A stretch of 64,000 nt of DNA from NCBI GenBank assembly GCA_047947115.1, contig CP170459.1, positions 4,896,001-4,960,000 of the forward strand, given 5' to 3'. The position numbers and the translations under genes were made by a program. Under the pieces are notes generated by a model. The model was given only the letters and a program-made list of their open reading frames with translations, had not been told where the DNA came from and made no database searches. Numbering within the stretch: the first letter of the stretch is position 1; every line of letters begins with the position of its first letter. Shown here one piece after another: positions 18,933 through 29,600 of the stretch. This DNA is from Verrucomicrobiota bacterium. Its GTDB lineage: Bacteria; Verrucomicrobiota; Verrucomicrobiia; Limisphaerales; AAA164-E04.

Positions 18933-20804
18933 CACGGCTTTTTTCTCGGAGAGTCTTTCTCATTGATAATGAACGGAATCAATTTTTGCTAGACCCAATC
19001 GCCTAAATTTGCCATGGTAGGCCGGTATGAGCAGCTCTCAAAACTCCATCTCAAAACAGCAAATCACGGTTCAAGTCCTTTCCCCCAAACAGCGAGGTCG
19101 ATTTAACCAGCTCTTAAAAAAACATCATTATTTGGGAGCCACACCTCCGGTGGGTGATTTCATTGAGCAGGTCGTCCTGTGTGATGGTAAGTGGGCGGCT
19201 TTGCTGATTTGGGGACCGGCTGCACTCAAACTTAAGGATCGAGAACGATGGATTGGCTGGAATCCGCTGCAACGAGCCGAACGTTTAAAACTGGTGGTTC
19301 AAAACAGACGGTTTCTTCTTCTCCACAAAAAGGGAACTCAACCACATCTAGCTTCCAAGGCGCTTGCTGCAGCCTGCAAACACTTGCCCGCGCAATGGCA
19401 GGAACGTTTTGGATATCGCCCACTGATAGCAGAAACATTCACCGATCCTGAACAATTTCATGGTACTTGCTATAAAGCCAGTGGGTGGGACGCTGTAGGC
19501 ATGAGCCAGGGGAGCCGAAGGGATCATGTCGATTTCTATGTCGATGAAAAACATCCTAAGCGTCTATGGCTTAAAGAACTTTGCCCCAAAGCTCGAAAGA
19601 CCATTGCTTCCACGCAACTGCCGCACCAATTCAATGAAGCTACCGTGGCAGCAGCCAATGGCATCCTCCCATTGCCCCCAGCTTCTCAGCGCAGTCTTTT
19701 TGAAACATTTCAAAAAGTCAAAGATCCACGTCGTTCCAATAATCGTTTCCCCATCGGCTCGGTACTTACCCTCATTGCCATGGCTTTGTTGAGTGGTGCT
19801 AAACAGATTTCGGAGATCGCTCGTTTTGCTCAACGATTACGGCCTAACCAACGTGCCCAGCTCAGGCTACCGCTCAAACGAGGCACTCGTCGTTTCTATC
19901 AAGTCCCCAGCTACAGTGTTTTTTATCAATTACTTACCCGCATCAATCCCGAAGAGTTCACCAGAATGTTGAGCGACTGGCTCACGCAAGAGGAAGGGCA
20001 TCTTCCAGGAGTGCTGGCTTTGGATGGAAAAATGATTCGCGATGTCATCGGGACCGTTACGCTGGCAAATGTGGAAGATGGTTCCCCAAGAGCGATGGCC
20101 ATCATGGACCAAAAGGAAGACACTGATCGATGCGAACTCAAAGCTGCACAAGAACTGCTCCAGGCTCAGCCTGGTTTGGACGGCGTCACAGTGACCGCGG
20201 ACCCATTGCATTGTCAAAAACAGAGCGCACGTATTATCGCCGAAAAAGGAGGCGAATACTTTCTGCAAATCAAAGGAAACCAGCCCAATCTTCTCAAAAA
20301 GGCCCGACAGCAGATCAAACCGTCCCCCTTTTTACCCAAATCAATCATGGGCACGGACGGATAGAAGAACGAGAGGTGAGCTCTTCGAGTGCTCTCCCCA
20401 TGGCAACTGGATTTCCCTACAGTAAAACGATCATCACCATCCGCAGTCGGCAAACAAATCAGAAGACGGGAAAGGTGAGTCAAGAAACGCGCTATTACCT
20501 TTCCAGTCAATATGACTTTGAACGGAGCAGTGAAGAATGGATCAATTTAAGTCGCCAACATTGGGCTGGAGTGGAAAGCCGTAACCACTGGCGACGGGAT
20601 GCGACCATGGGGGAAGATCGCACTCGGCTTGGCAATCCCAATGCGCTGGCCAACCTGGCATTGATCCGCAATCTCAATCTGCATGTTCTGGCAAGGCAGT
20701 CTTGGGATGTCTGGTTGCCGGGCTTGATAGAAAGATTGGCTGCCAATCCAGCCGAAACATTGACCATGCTCAAAGCGTGTTAGCCTTTAAAACAAAAAGC
20801 CGTG
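18933..20804 (+). mobile_element. Complete ISAs1-family insertion sequence (1872 bp)
   Basis: Terminal IRs CACGGCTTTTT (18933-18943) / AAAAAGCCGTG (20794-20804); 10-bp direct repeat GCAACTTGCC at 18923-18932 and 20805-20814. Confidence 0.93.
19027..20783 (+). CDS. ISAs1-family transposase with N-terminal DUF4338 domain, encoded across a -1 frameshift
   Basis: ORF 19027..20364: HHYLG..WIGW..RFL..ETFTD..GTCYKASGW (DUF4338), DPRR, LALDGK, VTADPLH, QIKGNQP; ORF 20130..20783: HGRIEER, RQHWAGVESRNHWRRD..EDR. Confidence 0.88.
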
Positions 20805-20928
20805 GCAACTTGCCCACTCCCCCAGCCAAATTCCCCAGGTGCCTTTGCCACCTAGTCAGAGAACAAAAACCCACCACCCATTTTCACTCGCCTTCCCTCT
20901 CACCATTCTCCATCATCCACACAAAATC

Positions 20929-22482
20929 ATGAACTTTGCTTTTGAAGAAGTCGCAGTGCGACTACATCCGGCCGATCATGTCGCTGTGATGAAGAAAACC
21001 GTGAAGGCCGGGACCATACTCAACACGTCCCAAGGTGACATCCAAACCAAGGCCATCATCCCGGCCGGACATAAAATGGCCCTGATGGATATCACCAAAG
21101 GCGCTCCCTTGGTTAAATATGGTCAAACCATCGGATTCGCGACGGCAGACATCAAGGCGGGAGATCACGTGCATGTTCAAAACCTGGGCATGGGCGATTT
21201 TGGTCGCGAATACAAGATTGGAGAACGCTACCAGGCCATTAAACCTGCCGCAGACGCGGATCAACGCACGTTCATGGGATTCGACAGAGGAGAGGGCCGT
21301 CCGTCCGGGACGCGCAATTACATAGCCATTATCTCCAGCGTCAACTGCTCCGCATCGGTATCAAAATACATCGCCGAACGATTCAAAGGAGACGATTTCA
21401 AGCGCGACTTCCCACACATTGACGGGGTGATGGCTCTGACTCATAAATCCGGTTGCAGCCTGATGCCCGATCAACCGCTGGACGTCCTCCAACGCGTTCT
21501 GGCGGGCATGGCCACCCACCCCAATGTCGCAGGATACATCCTTGTGGGACTCGGATGCGAGGTGAATCAGATTCCCCACCTGATTGACAGGTATTCACTG
21601 ACCGACTCGGGCAATCCCGCAGCGCAACCCGTCCATATGAACATCCAGACCGTGGGGGGCATACGAAAAACCGTCGAAGCAGGGATCAAGGCGGTCAGCG
21701 ATTTCCTCCCCAAGCTCTCGCACCTCAGGCGCACCCCCCGGCCTATCCGCGACCTGATCCTGGCAATGAATTGTGGCGGATCGGATGGCAACAGCGGCAT
21801 CACAGCCAATCCGGCACTGGGAGTCGCGTCGGATATGCTGGTACGTTACGGCGCAACATCCGTTCTGGCGGAAACCAGTGAAATCTACGGGGCAGAACAT
21901 CTGCTGACCCAAAGAGCCGCATCCAAGGAAGCCGGAGAAAAACTACTGAAACTGATCCGCTGGTGGGAAGACTACACGGCCAAATTCGGAGCCACCATCG
22001 ACAACAATCCATCCTATGGCAACAAAGAGGGGGGACTGACCACAATCTACGAAAAAAGCCTCGGCGCCGTCGCCAAAGCAGGTCAGGCGCCCCTGGAAGC
22101 GGTCTATGACTATGGCGAAAAAATCAGCGCGTCAGGGCTTTGCTTCATGGACACACCCGGCAATGATCCGGTGAGCATGACCGGATTGGTGGCTGGTGGC
22201 TGCAATCTGGGTGTTTTCACGACAGGCCGGGGCAGCGTATTCGGATGTAAACCCACTCCCTGCATCAAAGTCGCCACCAACACTCCTCTCTACAACTGGA
22301 TGGAGGACGACATGGACATCAACGCCGGTACCGTCCTCGATGGAACCGAAACAGTGGAAGAAGTCGGCCAGCGCCTCTTCGAAAAAATGATCGGCGTCGC
22401 CAGCGGTGAAAAAACCAAGAGCGAACAATCCGGTATGGGTGACGAAGAATTTGCCCCTTGGATGCTGGGCCCAACGCTATGA
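20929..22482 (+). CDS. uxaA: Altronate/galactarate dehydratase family (SAF + GD_AH domains)
   Basis: LHPADHVAV..GHKMA..KYGQ..HVHVQN; GTRNY; CGGSDGNSG; NNPSYGNKEGGLTTIYEKSLG; FTTGRG. Confidence 0.88.
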   Translation: MNFAFEEVAVRLHPADHVAVMKKTVKAGTILNTSQGDIQTKAIIPAGHKMALMDITKGAPLVKYGQTIGFATADIKAGDHVHVQNLGMGDFGREYKIGERYQAIKPAADADQRTFMGFDRGEGRPSGTRNYIAIISSVNCSASVSKYIAERFKGDDFKRDFPHIDGVMALTHKSGCSLMPDQPLDVLQRVLAGMATHPNVAGYILVGLGCEVNQIPHLIDRYSLTDSGNPAAQPVHMNIQTVGGIRKTVEAGIKAVSDFLPKLSHLRRTPRPIRDLILAMNCGGSDGNSGITANPALGVASDMLVRYGATSVLAETSEIYGAEHLLTQRAASKEAGEKLLKLIRWWEDYTAKFGATIDNNPSYGNKEGGLTTIYEKSLGAVAKAGQAPLEAVYDYGEKISASGLCFMDTPGNDPVSMTGLVAGGCNLGVFTTGRGSVFGCKPTPCIKVATNTPLYNWMEDDMDINAGTVLDGTETVEEVGQRLFEKMIGVASGEKTKSEQSGMGDEEFAPWMLGPTL

Positions 22483-22546
22483 ACAACAACCAAGGATCAA
22501 GGAAGTATACAGATGAACCAGACCGGCGCTTGCTCCGGCTTAAAGT

Positions 22547-23737
22547 TCAAGAACTTTCTTCCATGTCTTGCTGAAAGGCACAGGGCAGCACTTTGATAAT
22601 CCAGATGAGAACAGCCCCTCCCCAGCAAATCGCGCCATAGATGTAGTGGGATTTCATGATCTTCGGCCAGATATCCCCACTGACGCGCGAGACCATTCCC
22701 ACCCAGATCAACAGGACCATCACGAGCACCCAGCCCGACTTTCTCCTAAGCAACTGCATTTTTCCACTGTGCCCCATCATGATCCGCGTTGCCACCATGA
22801 GAGTCAGCGCACTGAGCCCCCCCACCAGCGACCAATGCACCCAGGCAACCCGATAGGCAGGCAACAAGCCGGCAAACAGGTAGGCCAAAGGAAGCGCCCA
22901 AAGGCAGAAGCTGAGACACTTTGTCAGTTTATCCCCTTTGAACCGTAGCAATGGTGGGGGGAGTTCCTTACAAAGATACCATCCTATGAACCCTCCACGC
23001 AGGATCAATCCCATCCGGTTCAACCCGCCGGCCTCCAAGATCATGCTGGCAAACACTCCCAGAAACAGAACGACCGCGGTCCCGACACACAATGCCCACT
23101 CAAGGGTCGGGGTGGAGCTGTCAGGAAGATCGTGCTTGCTTGGAGATTGCACGAACTTGGGGAGAAAAAACGGGCATAACCCGAGAAAAGGCAACAACGG
23201 CCACGCTTGAAACAGCAAAAGAGTGCGCAACTGGAGTGCAAATGAAGAGGTTTCCTCCCCCCAATCCATCGTGTAAAGGACACCACCGGCAATAGCGCAA
23301 AGTATCGCAGGTATCAGTAACACAAAGCCCGGAGGCGGAAGGCATTCCCGATGGCGCATATGCATTAAAAGCAGGAAGGCGAAAAGTATCAGTGAGACCA
23401 GAAAGATCACATTTCCTTTCCAAACCGGACCATAACTCAGCAGGGATTGAGTCACGATGAACAATCCCGCAAGAACCAATGTTCCCGAGGCGGACCGCCA
23501 CTTTGAATCCATCATTCTGGGTAAAGCGGTGAGTGCAAATCCAAAGATGAATGCGGCAAAAAAACCTTCCACCATTAAAAAAGCATGGTTCTGGCCGGGA
23601 TAGGATGCTGACTCCGCCCAGAACATGTAAGGCCACTGCATCACACCGATCAAACCGGCGATGACACCAAACAGAAAAAAGAACCGAAAGGGTTCGGCAA
23701 CAAAGAGGTCCAAGGATCGCGCTCGAATTTTTATCAT
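22547..23737 (-). CDS. NnrS-family multi-pass membrane protein
   Basis: EPFRFFF, HAFLMVEGF..GFALTALPR, RIMMGHSG. Confidence 0.8.
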   Translation of the reverse strand: MIKIRARSLDLFVAEPFRFFFLFGVIAGLIGVMQWPYMFWAESASYPGQNHAFLMVEGFFAAFIFGFALTALPRMMDSKWRSASGTLVLAGLFIVTQSLLSYGPVWKGNVIFLVSLILFAFLLLMHMRHRECLPPPGFVLLIPAILCAIAGGVLYTMDWGEETSSFALQLRTLLLFQAWPLLPFLGLCPFFLPKFVQSPSKHDLPDSSTPTLEWALCVGTAVVLFLGVFASMILEAGGLNRMGLILRGGFIGWYLCKELPPPLLRFKGDKLTKCLSFCLWALPLAYLFAGLLPAYRVAWVHWSLVGGLSALTLMVATRIMMGHSGKMQLLRRKSGWVLVMVLLIWVGMVSRVSGDIWPKIMKSHYIYGAICWGGAVLIWIIKVLPCAFQQDMEESS

Positions 23738-23947
23738 CTCACAACTCCTTGAAGCTTAACCAAGTCCACAACAAGCACAAGAAAATCGAAAATCTTTTGA
23801 ACAATTCAGTCTCAAGTGCAGTCTCATCCAATGTAGTTATTAATGTTCTCATACATCATCAGTTGCTCATATCGTTCAGTGTTTGTGAATATTCAACCAA
23901 CGGCAGTATCATAGCAGCAATCGTTGGAGTTAGTTGTTTGGGTTTGG

Positions 23948-23977
23948 AAAAGCGCCGGTTTCGACCGGCGCTTTTTT
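23948..23977 (+). terminator. Strong intrinsic terminator with no protein gene ending upstream
   Basis: AAAAGCGCCGGT-TTCG-ACCGGCGCTTTTTT. Confidence 0.85.
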
Positions 23978-24083
23978 CATGCTGTCCGCTCAACAGAGAC
24001 ATCAATCGAGAGAGCTTATAGGTTGCTTTTTGCTTAGAAAATGATACCTGCTGGTGTTAGGCTGATCTCACCGAGAAAAAGTT

Positions 24084-25280
24084 ATGGGCTGTAAATTGCA
24101 AATGAACTTACTGGAAAAATTACGATATGGAAGTTGGGCATGGATGGTTGCTTTAGCCATTCAGCAGATCGACCCCGTGATTGCCGCTGATTCACCGGAT
24201 GCAACCATGGGCATGGCGACCGAAAGTGCATGGCCCATGTACCGAGGCAACCCGTCCTTGAACGGAGTCTCCCCAGCCAAGATTGGCCCCAAGTTGAAGG
24301 AAGTATGGCAATTTGAAGCGGAGCACTCGATTAAGTCTTCGGCCGCCATCGTAGATGGGCGGGTGTTTATAGGTTCGGACGACGGTTTCATTTACGCCCT
24401 GAATTTGAAGAATGGAAAGCAGATCTGGAAATACGAAACATTGGGTAATGTCGAAAGCTCCCCTCTCGTTCTGGGCGATTATGTCTACGTAGGTTCTGGA
24501 GACGGCTTTGTTTACAAGCTCGCGACCAAAGACGGTTCTTTGGCCTGGAAATATGAAACCGAGGATCAGGTCCTTGGAGCGCCCAACTGGATTATGTCCC
24601 CGGATGGCAAGGAACCATGGATCCTGGCCGGCAGCTATGATTTCAAACTCCACTGCATCAAAGCCAGCGACGGCAGCAAGGTATGGGATTACGAAACGGG
24701 TAATTACATCAACGGCACCCCTGCTGTGTCCAATGGCCAAACGGTGTTTGGTGGTTGCGACGCTCTTTTGCACGTTATACAGCTTTCCGATGGCAAGAAG
24801 GTAAAGGAAATCGAGGCGGGCGCCTATATTGCCGGTTCGGTGGCCATGGCAGGTTCCAAAGTGTATGTCGGACATTATGAAAGCGAGTTTCTTTGTTTCG
24901 ACCTCGAAAAGGGAGAGCTCGCCTGGAAATACCGCGATCGTAGTTTCCCCTATTATTCTTCTCCGGCCATCGCTGGGGATCGAGTATTGACCGGTTGCCG
25001 CGATCGGCAACTTCACTGCCTGAACCGGGATACGGGTGAAAAAATCTGGACCTTTCCTACAAGGGGCAAAGTGGACAGTTCTCCTGTGGTTGTGGGTGAT
25101 GAAGTCATTTTTGGCTCGCAGGACGGCCGCCTGTATCGTGTCCGCATCAGTGACGGTAAGGAGATTCAATCAATTGACCTGGGTCAGCCACTGACCGGAT
25201 CCCCGGCGGTGATCAACGACTGGGTGGTGATCGGCAGCGAAGACGGGAATGTTTATGGTTTCCAATCCGTGACGGATTAA
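24084..25280 (+). CDS. PQQ-like/BamB-like beta-propeller repeat protein, exported
   Basis: WPMYRGN; repeated SSP..V..GS.DG..Y..G..W units. Confidence 0.88.
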   Translation: MGCKLQMNLLEKLRYGSWAWMVALAIQQIDPVIAADSPDATMGMATESAWPMYRGNPSLNGVSPAKIGPKLKEVWQFEAEHSIKSSAAIVDGRVFIGSDDGFIYALNLKNGKQIWKYETLGNVESSPLVLGDYVYVGSGDGFVYKLATKDGSLAWKYETEDQVLGAPNWIMSPDGKEPWILAGSYDFKLHCIKASDGSKVWDYETGNYINGTPAVSNGQTVFGGCDALLHVIQLSDGKKVKEIEAGAYIAGSVAMAGSKVYVGHYESEFLCFDLEKGELAWKYRDRSFPYYSSPAIAGDRVLTGCRDRQLHCLNRDTGEKIWTFPTRGKVDSSPVVVGDEVIFGSQDGRLYRVRISDGKEIQSIDLGQPLTGSPAVINDWVVIGSEDGNVYGFQSVTD

Positions 25281-25322
25281 ATAAAGCAAGCCCGTTCATC
25301 AGTCATCCATTCATAACTCGAC

Positions 25323-26612
25323 ATGAAGATCGTTCAAATCACCCCGGGCGCGGGAGGCATGTACTGCGGCGGGTGTTTCAGGGATAACGCCTTGGTCAAA
25401 TGTCTGCGAGACGAGGGGCATGAGGTGTTGATGGTGCCACTTTACCTGCCTCTCACCCTTGAAGATGCCGATCAGAGTTCCCAAACCCCGATCTTCTTTG
25501 GAGGCATCAATGTCTTTCTCGACCAGACCTTGGGGCTTTTTCGAAAGCTGCCGGTTTCATGGACTTCCTGGCTGGACAAACGCTCGGTCCTGAAACGCAT
25601 CTCCAAATATGCAGCCCGCACCCGACCGGAAGACGTGGGAGATTTGACCGTCTCCATGTTGATGGGAGAAGAAGGACGTCAGCAAAAAGAACTCGATCAG
25701 CTGGTGGATTGGCTGAAGGAAAACATGCAACCGGACGTGGTCTGCCTTTCGAACGCGCTCTTGATCGGCATGGTTCGGCAAATAAAGGACCAACTCGGTT
25801 GTGCCGTGGCCTGCACGTTGCAGGGAGAGGACACGTTTCTGGACGCGCTGCCTGCCGATAACCGCAGACAAGCCTGGGATGTGCTTTCCACCCGAGCCAG
25901 GGAAGTCGATGCATTCATCACACCCAGCCAATATTTCGGCGAACTGATGCAACAACGCATGGGTTTTGACATTTCCAAGCTGCACATCATCCCCAATGGC
26001 ATCCCGACGGAAGGTTACACACGCAGTTCCCTCCCCATGGATCCCCCGGTCCTCGGCTACTTTGCACGCATGTGTCGAGAGAAGGGACTTCCACTACTGG
26101 TGGACGCATTCATTCGACTGAAATCCATGGAACCTCACCAAAACCTCCGCCTGATGGTTGGAGGCGGCATGGGACCTTCAGACGAACCCGTTGTTGATGA
26201 GCAAAAGAAGAAACTCCAATCAGCTGGGGTTGCCGAGCATGTCACCTGGCATCCAAATCTTGATCGGGAAGAAAAACTGGATTTCTTTTCCAAGCTGACG
26301 ATCTTCTCGGTTCCAGCGTTGTATGGAGAAACGTTCGGTCTGTATCTTCTGGAAGCGATGGCTGCCGGAGTGCCGGTCGTGCAACCTCCGCACGCGGCTT
26401 TTCCGGAAGTGATCGAAGCAACAGCCGGTGGCATCATAGCGACAGGTCTGGAGGCAGGGCATCTCGCGGAAAGTATCAGTTCCATGCTTGGTTCAAAGGA
26501 TGATCTGAAAGATTTATCAGACCAGGCCTATCGGTCGGTCCACGAAAGATTCAAATCCTCCGATATGGCAAAGCAGGTCGTGGCAGCCTACCAAGCGTGC
26601 CTTCCTCATTAG
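25323..26612 (+). CDS. Glycosyltransferase family 4
   Basis: IPNGI, YFARMCREKG, ETFGLYLLEAMAAGVPVV; unusual N-terminal GAGGMYCGGCFRDN. Confidence 0.88.
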   Translation: MKIVQITPGAGGMYCGGCFRDNALVKCLRDEGHEVLMVPLYLPLTLEDADQSSQTPIFFGGINVFLDQTLGLFRKLPVSWTSWLDKRSVLKRISKYAARTRPEDVGDLTVSMLMGEEGRQQKELDQLVDWLKENMQPDVVCLSNALLIGMVRQIKDQLGCAVACTLQGEDTFLDALPADNRRQAWDVLSTRAREVDAFITPSQYFGELMQQRMGFDISKLHIIPNGIPTEGYTRSSLPMDPPVLGYFARMCREKGLPLLVDAFIRLKSMEPHQNLRLMVGGGMGPSDEPVVDEQKKKLQSAGVAEHVTWHPNLDREEKLDFFSKLTIFSVPALYGETFGLYLLEAMAAGVPVVQPPHAAFPEVIEATAGGIIATGLEAGHLAESISSMLGSKDDLKDLSDQAYRSVHERFKSSDMAKQVVAAYQACLPH

Positions 26613-29600
26613 GAAAACAGAAACTCAAAATCTTTTAAACTCAGCGATTCGGAGAATTTCTCCTCTCCCAACACATCTTCCGCCATGGATTTTTTTGTTT
26701 TCTGTAAAGCTCGAATCTTTTCTTCGATGCTGTTTTTAATCAGCAATCGATAAGCGATCACCTTGTTGGTCTGGCCGATGCGATGCGTTCGATCGATGGC
26801 CTGATTTTCTACAGCGGGATTCCACCAGGGATCGAACAGCACGACGTAACTGGCAGCGGTCAGGTTCAACCCTGAACCACCGGCTTTGAGTGAAATGAGA
26901 AACACCCCCGCTCCGTCATGGGCCTGGAATGAATCGACCAGGGATCCTCGTTCCTCCGTTTTGCCGGTCAGTTTCCAGATTTTCCACTTTTGCTTTTTCA
27001 ACTGCTTTTCCAACAAATCCAAAAGTTCAACAAACTGGGAAAACACCAGCACTTTGTTCCCCTCCTCCATGATGGGTTCCAATTGTTCCAGCAAAGCTTC
27101 GAGTTTGGCGCTTTCCGCTTTGGAGGCCGAACGAATCAATTTCGGATGACAACAGATTTGACGCAACCGCAGCAAAGACGTCAAAAAATTGAATCGCAGT
27201 TTGTTCAATTCTTCCTTGGTTTTGACCTTGAGAAGCAATTGTTGGGCGCGCTTTTGTTCGGCTTTGTAAAGGGTTTCCTGTTCGCCTTCCATTTCACAGA
27301 AAATATCCTCCTCAATGCGGTCTGGCAGGTCATTGGCCACTTGCGCCTTCGTTCGACGAATCAGGAATGGACGAACTCTTGAGGACAACCTCAAACGGGC
27401 AAATGGATCATCCTTTGCGTTGTAAAGTTTCCCGAACTGATTGCGACTGCCCAAAACGCCCGGCATCGAAAATGCCATCAAACTCCAGAGATCCAACAAC
27501 CTGTTTTCAATGGGGGTACCAGTGAGAACCAGGCGGTGCAATGCGTTTAAAGACCTTGCGATCTGGGCGCTCTGGGAGGAAGGGTTCTTGATGTATTGCC
27601 CCTCATCCAGAATGACGGTCAAAAACTGTACAACTCCCAAAGGTTCCCCAAGGGATCGAAGTTGGTTGTAGTTGATGACGTGAAGATGGTAGGAAAACAC
27701 TTCGGAGTCGAACTGGTCCAGTTCCCTCGGGTTCCAAACCTTGACCTTGAGTCCGGTCACAAACTTTTCGGCTTCCGCCCGCCAGTTATCCATCACACTT
27801 TTCGGGCAAACGACCAATGAGGGCAATTTTCTGTGAGCTTTCTTGCAGCGCAGCCACTCAAGCCAGGCGAGTGTCTGAAGCGTTTTGCCCAATCCCATGT
27901 CATCCGCCAGGATGCCGCCGAACTGATTGGTGGAAAGGTAGGCTAGAAAATGAAATCCCTCCACCTGATAGGATCGCATGTCCGCTTTGATGGTCCGGGG
28001 TATTGCCGGTTGAACGCTCGTTTTTACTTTTTCCCCTCTGATCCGAATGGCCTCGGCCTGCTTTTCGGGAAGAAACCGCGCGGCCACGGGATTCGCCAAC
28101 TGCAAAGCGTGAAACCGCTGAGGCTCGCCACCCATGTTTTCGGGGCTGATCCCCAGTTTCGCCAGGTCCCGGCTGTCTTCCTCACTGATTTCATAAAGCA
28201 TCCGGCGCCATCCTTTTTCCCCCATCCGAACCCATTTACCTTTGGCTTTCGTCAGGAGCTGGATTTCTTCTGTTGTCAATTCGGTGTCTTCGATTTTTGT
28301 AACAAGCTGCACATCAAACCAATCAATATCGTTTTCCTTGGCGGTCAAGCTGACGGAGCGACTCGCCGATTTTTTGGAAAACGATTCCAAGGGCCCCTCC
28401 AGACGCACCTCCACTTCCCGGGGCAAAGTTTCCAACCATTCAAAAAACTGTTTGGGGAAGGCGTTGGAAATCTTCTTCCTGAATTGTGAAATTCCCTTCT
28501 CATAGGAATAACGTCCGTACGGGATACTCTGCCGCACTTTGAGCGGATCCATAATGGATGGCACACCGCTCAACTGCCCTTGGTCATGGATCACAAAGTT
28601 TTTTCCTTTCGCGCCCTGATTCTCCTGCAACACAAGTGAGTCCCCATCCGATTCCACATTGATCCAATGACCATCCGACCAAGCCTTAAGCAGTTCACCA
28701 TCGGTATTCGCCGCAAATACCTCCACAAGACATTCCTCTACGGACGCGCCATCCAACCGGCATCTCAAGACAGGATGCAAAGACTGGATATCGATTCTTT
28801 CTTGAATGTGTTTCGGAAAACGCACGCCTGCGTTTTGAAAAAAACAGACACCATCCTGACTCTCAATCACCTCCTTTGGAACAAATCGGACGCCACGAAA
28901 TGGAAACAACTTGTCCAAGAACTTTGGACCGACTCGCCATTCGTTTCCGGTCCGATACAGGGTCGGTTTCCCATGCAAAGTCCACCCCGGCTCTTCGATT
29001 GGGGCGCCATCAGATGCTTCCAAAAAGAATTCATACCCCTCCCAGCCTTCATGAACCTTGGGCTGCATGGCCCACACAAGGGGGACATCGCTGAATGCAA
29101 AAGGATTTCCGGCTTGATCCACACATTTCGATCTCAAATGGGGGCTCATCAGAAGACCAATCAGTGATTGAGCATCTGAATGAGAAGCAAAATGCAGCGA
29201 GACCCGATAATGGGACCGTTGATCTTCATCCTGAATGCGACCAAACAATGATTCATCATCGGCTGACATGGAGATGCGGCCTTGATGCAGATCTTCCATC
29301 ATCTGTTGGGCAGCTTTCCGCGTCATTTTGGTCCAACCAAGATCTTCCCTGTTCGATTCCAACATCGCCTTGTCATTTTGAAGTTTAAGACGCAATTGGA
29401 CAGGAGTTCCCTTCTTTGTGAAAGCACCCCCATCCAAGGCCATGCCTCTTGAGGCCCCGCCCTGCCACTCGTCTTGCAGAAAGAGGGTCTGCCAGTGATT
29501 GATGATTTTTCGCCGTTCCAACTGCAGCATTCGGTCAGCTATGAGGGAAACATCGCTGACTGGCTCCAGTTCCATGGGAAATGTTCCTCCATTTTTCCGG

